Shown here one piece after another: positions 59,819 through 64,000 of a DNA stretch of 64,000 bases. The notes beneath the pieces were generated by a model. That model was not told the DNA's origin. It saw nothing but the letters and a program-made list of their open reading frames with translations, and did not search any database. Origin of the DNA: Lysobacterales bacterium (GTDB taxonomy: Bacteria; Pseudomonadota; Gammaproteobacteria; Xanthomonadales; SZUA-5); contig JALHMH010000013.1 in NCBI GenBank assembly GCA_022844165.1, positions 54,045 to 118,044 on the forward strand, read 5' to 3'. The stretch's first letter is position 1. Every line of letters starts with the position of its first letter. The position numbers and the translations under genes are program-made.

Positions 59819-62659
59819 TCAGGGCCGAAACTCGATCTTCTCGCGCTCCGCGGCCAATGCTGCATCGCGATCGATAATCAGAGGTTTGTATCGGTTTGTC
59901 AGCCAACGCCCCAGTTGGCTCGCGTAGGTCGGCGAACCCAACACCCCCGACTGACCGCCCGGATGAATATTCTCGGCCACCACCGGCGTCGTCATCTGGC
60001 CGATGAAGCGCCGCGCAGGCCCGGCGCCGAACATGAAGCCATTCACACTATTGGCACGTGTGCTATGGCCGGAAGCATCCAGCACTTCGTAGCCACCGGG
60101 GCGGGCAACGCCCGGTAATTGCGCCGACACGCTGGTAAATCCATAGGGATTGGCGCCCGGAAGGTTGAACGGTCCACCCAGCGGATGATCAAAAACGATA
60201 CGGTGCAAGCGTCCCCAACGGTAATCGTCGATGTTGGTCGAGTTCGCAAATGCCGCGGCGAAATCGGCGCCAGAAAGCGCATTCAGACCATCGCGCAAGG
60301 CTCGCAACAACAACAAATCGCGCGCGACGCTGGCGTCGCTGACACCTGTCACTTCAAAGAAATTCACACCGCTGGCGCCAATACCCCGAGCGGTTGCGTA
60401 GCGCTCAAGCAGATTGAGCAGAGTACGCACACTTTCTTCCGATCCGGGCAATTGCGTGCCCAAACCAACACGCGTCAAGGTGCCATCAACGATGCTGCGA
60501 ATTGCGAACGAACGCCAAATTGCGAACACCGTGGCGGCCGTTGAATGACGAATTTCTGTGGCACTCGGCGCAGGCAGATTGGCCGGATCGTCGCCCGGGT
60601 CGAAGCCCGCCTGGATGCCCGTGGGCGTCGAATAATCCCACTGCGTCAAACGCTCGATGGCGGCGGCAACGCGGGCATCATTGATCAACGCGCGCAAGTC
60701 TGCAGGTGCAGTCGCAGCGCGCGCATTGGCGGCCGCCGTCAGTAGGAATGGCGTCAGTTTTTCTGCGTCGAGCGGTTGATTATTCGCCTGGGCGCGTTTC
60801 AGGAACTCGGCATCGACCTGCCGATTGGCAGCCACTTCTGCTGCGAGAATTCGGTCGATCCGGCCCTGTCGGAACGCCGAATAACCTTTGTCCAGATAAT
60901 ACAAGCCGCCCCCGCGACGCACTTGGTTCAGTGCATTGTTGTCGAGCGTTACGCCCACCGGATCGTTATTGGCGTTCGCGATGTAACCGCTCGTCGGATT
61001 GATCACGAACGGCATTTCCGCTGGCGGCAAGATCTCAAAATTCAGAGCCTGATTCGGATAGTTGTTGGTCCGAGGCAGCCAGTCGTGTTGCAAAGTGCCA
61101 GTTCCGTTACGGATCAGGAACGGCGGAATGCCGCCATCGGGTCGCCCCAGGTTTTGCAGGTCGGTACGGAGAGGAGCCTCGGCCGACACAAAGTACGCGA
61201 TGTTCCCCTCGACATCGGCATAGGCGAAGTTCTGCGAACCGACATCGAAGAAGCTCAACGCGTCACGGAATTCCTGCATGTTGCGCGTTCGCGGCAAGCG
61301 CCTGAACGCCTCCAGTTCACTCGTCGCACCCCATCCGGTATAGGCCACGCTCAGCCCGGTATCGCCCAAAATCTGAAGCACTGGGCCGTTGTTGCGCCGA
61401 GGCACGATCACGGTTACGCCACCGTTGGTGTAGCCAATCGAATTCGTACGCGCGATGTTGTTTTGCACGCCATCGCCAACCGCGTTCACGAAATAACTCT
61501 GGAACACCCAAACCACAGGCTCTGCCACACCGCTGTGAATCGTGTGCGTGGGCAATCCATAGGGATTGAGACGGAAGCTCTCCTGATAGGTGTCGGTGAC
61601 ATCCATCGGGTTGGTCGTCAGGCCCCAGCACATCCGGTCCGTACAGCCGAGGAGCGAGCCCGGCACACCTGCGGGCGTGGAGCCACTGAATCGATAGGGC
61701 GTTGGGAAACGGCTGTCCGTAGAGAACAAACGATTTTCATAAAAGGTGGAGGGCGTGTCCATACCCAGATGCGGATCGTTGGCCAGAATCGGACGACCGT
61801 TGTTGGTCCGGTTGCCGGCGACCAACCACCAATTGCTCGCACCCCTGCCCTCGCGAAATTCGAGCGTGGGCCCGATGAGAGGATGGTCAGCAATTTTGTC
61901 TCGATACGCTTGCGCCAATTCCACGGTGATCGGATCGATGTCTGGCACTTCGTAGGAAACCTTATCGGCTTCGCCCGCAACGCCAATCGACGCCAGGAAT
62001 CCCGGGATCGAAACTCGGTTGTCGCCTGGCGCCACGCGATGGGTGTCTTCGAAAAACAGCCGTGTCCCGTCAAAACCTCGCGCTGTGCCCGCAGCCTGGT
62101 AGGCTTGCAGACGTAGTGTGTAGTCGATATCGAGATCGAACGAAAGTTGGAACGCGAGAATCTTGCCGATCACCAGTGAGTCGACTGGCGACCATGGTTC
62201 GGCGCGGGTGATCTCCAGCGCGGTGTATTCCGGCGGCAGCGGATTGTTACGCAACCAGAAATTCACCCCGTTGGCATAGGCCTGCAGGAATTCGCGCAAT
62301 TCGGAAGAGGCGCGAATGTACGACTCCCAGGCCGCACGCCGCAGACCCAAGGTCCGAATTTGCACGTCGTTCGCCAGTGCCGCAGCCCCCACAAGCTCGG
62401 CCGCAGTGCCGCTCGCGCCGCGGCGACTGAAGTCCATCTGAAAAAAACGATCACGCGCATGGATGTAACCCTGCAAAAACGCCATATCGACATCGTTACT
62501 GGCGACCACCGTCGGCACGCCTTCGGCGTCGATCGAAATTTGCGCATTGGCGATCAGGCCTGGTGCGGTAATTGGCGTACTCTGCGCGAGCGCTGGTTGA
62601 CTCACAAATGCTGCAACGGCGACCGCCAACGGTCGCCAGCTCAATGAAAACTGTTGCAT
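59819..62659 (-). CDS. Penicillin acylase family (Ntn hydrolase) protein
   Basis: Signal peptide, QGYIHARDRFFQMD, GASNWW with beta-chain Ser nucleophile, ANDPHL, QNFAYAD, NANN, PGGQSG. Confidence 0.92.
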   Translation of the reverse strand: MQQFSLSWRPLAVAVAAFVSQPALAQSTPITAPGLIANAQISIDAEGVPTVVASNDVDMAFLQGYIHARDRFFQMDFSRRGASGTAAELVGAAALANDVQIRTLGLRRAAWESYIRASSELREFLQAYANGVNFWLRNNPLPPEYTALEITRAEPWSPVDSLVIGKILAFQLSFDLDIDYTLRLQAYQAAGTARGFDGTRLFFEDTHRVAPGDNRVSIPGFLASIGVAGEADKVSYEVPDIDPITVELAQAYRDKIADHPLIGPTLEFREGRGASNWWLVAGNRTNNGRPILANDPHLGMDTPSTFYENRLFSTDSRFPTPYRFSGSTPAGVPGSLLGCTDRMCWGLTTNPMDVTDTYQESFRLNPYGLPTHTIHSGVAEPVVWVFQSYFVNAVGDGVQNNIARTNSIGYTNGGVTVIVPRRNNGPVLQILGDTGLSVAYTGWGATSELEAFRRLPRTRNMQEFRDALSFFDVGSQNFAYADVEGNIAYFVSAEAPLRTDLQNLGRPDGGIPPFLIRNGTGTLQHDWLPRTNNYPNQALNFEILPPAEMPFVINPTSGYIANANNDPVGVTLDNNALNQVRRGGGLYYLDKGYSAFRQGRIDRILAAEVAANRQVDAEFLKRAQANNQPLDAEKLTPFLLTAAANARAATAPADLRALINDARVAAAIERLTQWDYSTPTGIQAGFDPGDDPANLPAPSATEIRHSTAATVFAIWRSFAIRSIVDGTLTRVGLGTQLPGSEESVRTLLNLLERYATARGIGASGVNFFEVTGVSDASVARDLLLLRALRDGLNALSGADFAAAFANSTNIDDYRWGRLHRIVFDHPLGGPFNLPGANPYGFTSVSAQLPGVARPGGYEVLDASGHSTRANSVNGFMFGAGPARRFIGQMTTPVVAENIHPGGQSGVLGSPTYASQLGRWLTNRYKPLIIDRDAALAAEREKIEFRP

Positions 62660-62846
62660 GAATCCCTCCCGGATTGCGTTCGGCGACGGCGCCGGACGAT
62701 TCTTGATTATGCTCCGCTGCGAGCGCTTGTCGAGGGTCGCGATCGCGGGTTGTGACTTGCTGAAAACTCATCCCGAATTACGCCGACCCATGCCGCGGCG
62801 CTCAGCTTCGGCTATGGTTTCGGTCTTTGTCTCTACGGCAGTACTT

Positions 62847-64000
62847 ATGTCATCGACAACGTTTCTCATTGCGACCGCCTTGCTGGTCGCCGCGGCTTTG
62901 CTGCCGATATTGCTGCCTTTGTTGCGCAGACCGTCGCTCAAAACCGCCGAGCTTCGCGCACAATTACAGCGCCTCGAGGAAGCGCATTCGGCAGGGCTGA
63001 TCGATGATGCGACCTTCACTGAGCGCAAGGCTGCGCTCAGCGCCGAAGCGCTGGCCATGATCGATGGCAGCGCTCGCCAGCCGCGGTCCAAACTGGCTTT
63101 CTGGCTGGCCCTGGCGCTCGCCACCACTATACCGTTGGCGACCTACGCGCTCTACCAGAAGATCGGCAATCCGAACGCACTCGCATTTGCCGGCGTCGCA
63201 CCGGCGCCCACTGCCACAACCAACGACGGCACGGAACAAGCGACTGCCGCACCCGATCTTTCCGCCGCCGCCGATTCGCTCGCGGCACGCCTGCAAGACA
63301 ACCCGGAGGACGGCGAAGGCTGGCTGCTGCTGGGGCGCACCTATCGGCAAATCGAGCGCTTTACCGAAGCTCGCGATGCATTCGGGCGCGCAAAGCAACT
63401 GCTTCCCGAGAGCGCCGACTTGCTCGCTGAGTACGCGGAAGCCTTAGGCCTTGCCAGCGAACCCAGAGCACTCTTTGGCGAACCCGAAACACTGCTCGAC
63501 CGGGCGCTGGCGCTAGACGCCGATCACCAGCGTGCGCTGTGGCTCAAGGGTTTTGCGCGACGCCAGGATGGCGATGCGGCGGGCGCGGATGCGGCATGGA
63601 GCAGGCTGCTCGGTGGCATGGAACCCGGATCGCCCGTGCACACGGCCGTGATCGAACAACTCAACCTGGTGCGCAGTGAATTGGGTCAGCCTGCGATCAC
63701 CCCGGCAGCACCACCAGCGACTCCGCCACAAACTTCTGCCGCGCCGGGAGCCGCCGGCGGCGCAGGCGCAGCACCTGGCATTGATGTTGATGTGAGCCTC
63801 GATCCAGCCTTGGCAGCAAAGGTTGCGCCCGACGACACGCTCTTCGTCTTCGCGCGTGCACCAGGTGGCCCGCCGATGCCGCTGGCGATCGCGCGCCTGA
63901 GCGCCGGCCAACTGCCAACGCGTGTGCGCCTCGACACATCGATGGGAATGGTTGCGGGGGTCACGTTGGAACAATTTCCCACAGTCGTCGTTGGCGCGCG
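62847..64000 (+). CDS. CcmI/CycH-like TPR cytochrome c biogenesis protein, 3'-truncated by window edge
   Basis: Absent from the ORF track because it has no stop in the window; manual translation from ATG 62847 gives two TM helices, YQKIGNP, NPEDGEGWLLLGR, YAEAL, LFVFARA..GPPMPLA. Confidence 0.8.
   Translation, partial: MSSTTFLIATALLVAAALLPILLPLLRRPSLKTAELRAQLQRLEEAHSAGLIDDATFTERKAALSAEALAMIDGSARQPRSKLAFWLALALATTIPLATYALYQKIGNPNALAFAGVAPAPTATTNDGTEQATAAPDLSAAADSLAARLQDNPEDGEGWLLLGRTYRQIERFTEARDAFGRAKQLLPESADLLAEYAEALGLASEPRALFGEPETLLDRALALDADHQRALWLKGFARRQDGDAAGADAAWSRLLGGMEPGSPVHTAVIEQLNLVRSELGQPAITPAAPPATPPQTSAAPGAAGGAGAAPGIDVDVSLDPALAAKVAPDDTLFVFARAPGGPPMPLAIARLSAGQLPTRVRLDTSMGMVAGVTLEQFPTVVVGA

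Noticed and set aside
60776-62116. Long antisense ORFs (also 47745-48983, 15354-16433, 27335-28303, 53210-54286)
   Set aside because: Shadow frames opposite well-supported genes, expected in high-GC DNA, with no recognisable motifs

Overview
A GC-rich gammaproteobacterial chromosomal segment whose gene content and order suggest Xanthomonadales/Lysobacterales (inference). It is mostly core genes: a two-permease RND pair, yajD-like HNH, rlmI, hemL, rlmH-rsfS-nadD-holA, the full Pil-Chp chemosensory cluster with gshB and tonB, a hybrid kinase plus degenerate GGDEF-EAL pair, bactofilin, erpA, tRNA-Leu(CAG), a cold-shock gene, a three-gene 2-oxoacid:acceptor oxidoreductase operon, Fe-SOD, purEK, nadC, an Ntn acylase and a partial ccmI. 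Small accessory inserts are a TetR-controlled divergent module, an alpha-amylase, a secreted alpha/beta hydrolase and a thaumatin-like/MVL-lectin protein. The most unusual signal is non-coding. (i) A 767-bp transposase-less element (33185-33951) has perfect 18-bp CCC-starting terminal inverted repeats and flanking TTAA, like IS1380/piggyBac ends, and carries an array of 73-bp hairpin units. (ii) A dispersed ~240-bp structured intergenic element occurs as four full or partial copies, mostly beside accessory genes. (iii) Both share a GGGTGAG-hairpin-GAAC-hairpin-CGGA module whose stems change sequence but keep pairing. All calls are from manual reading; no database searches were run.
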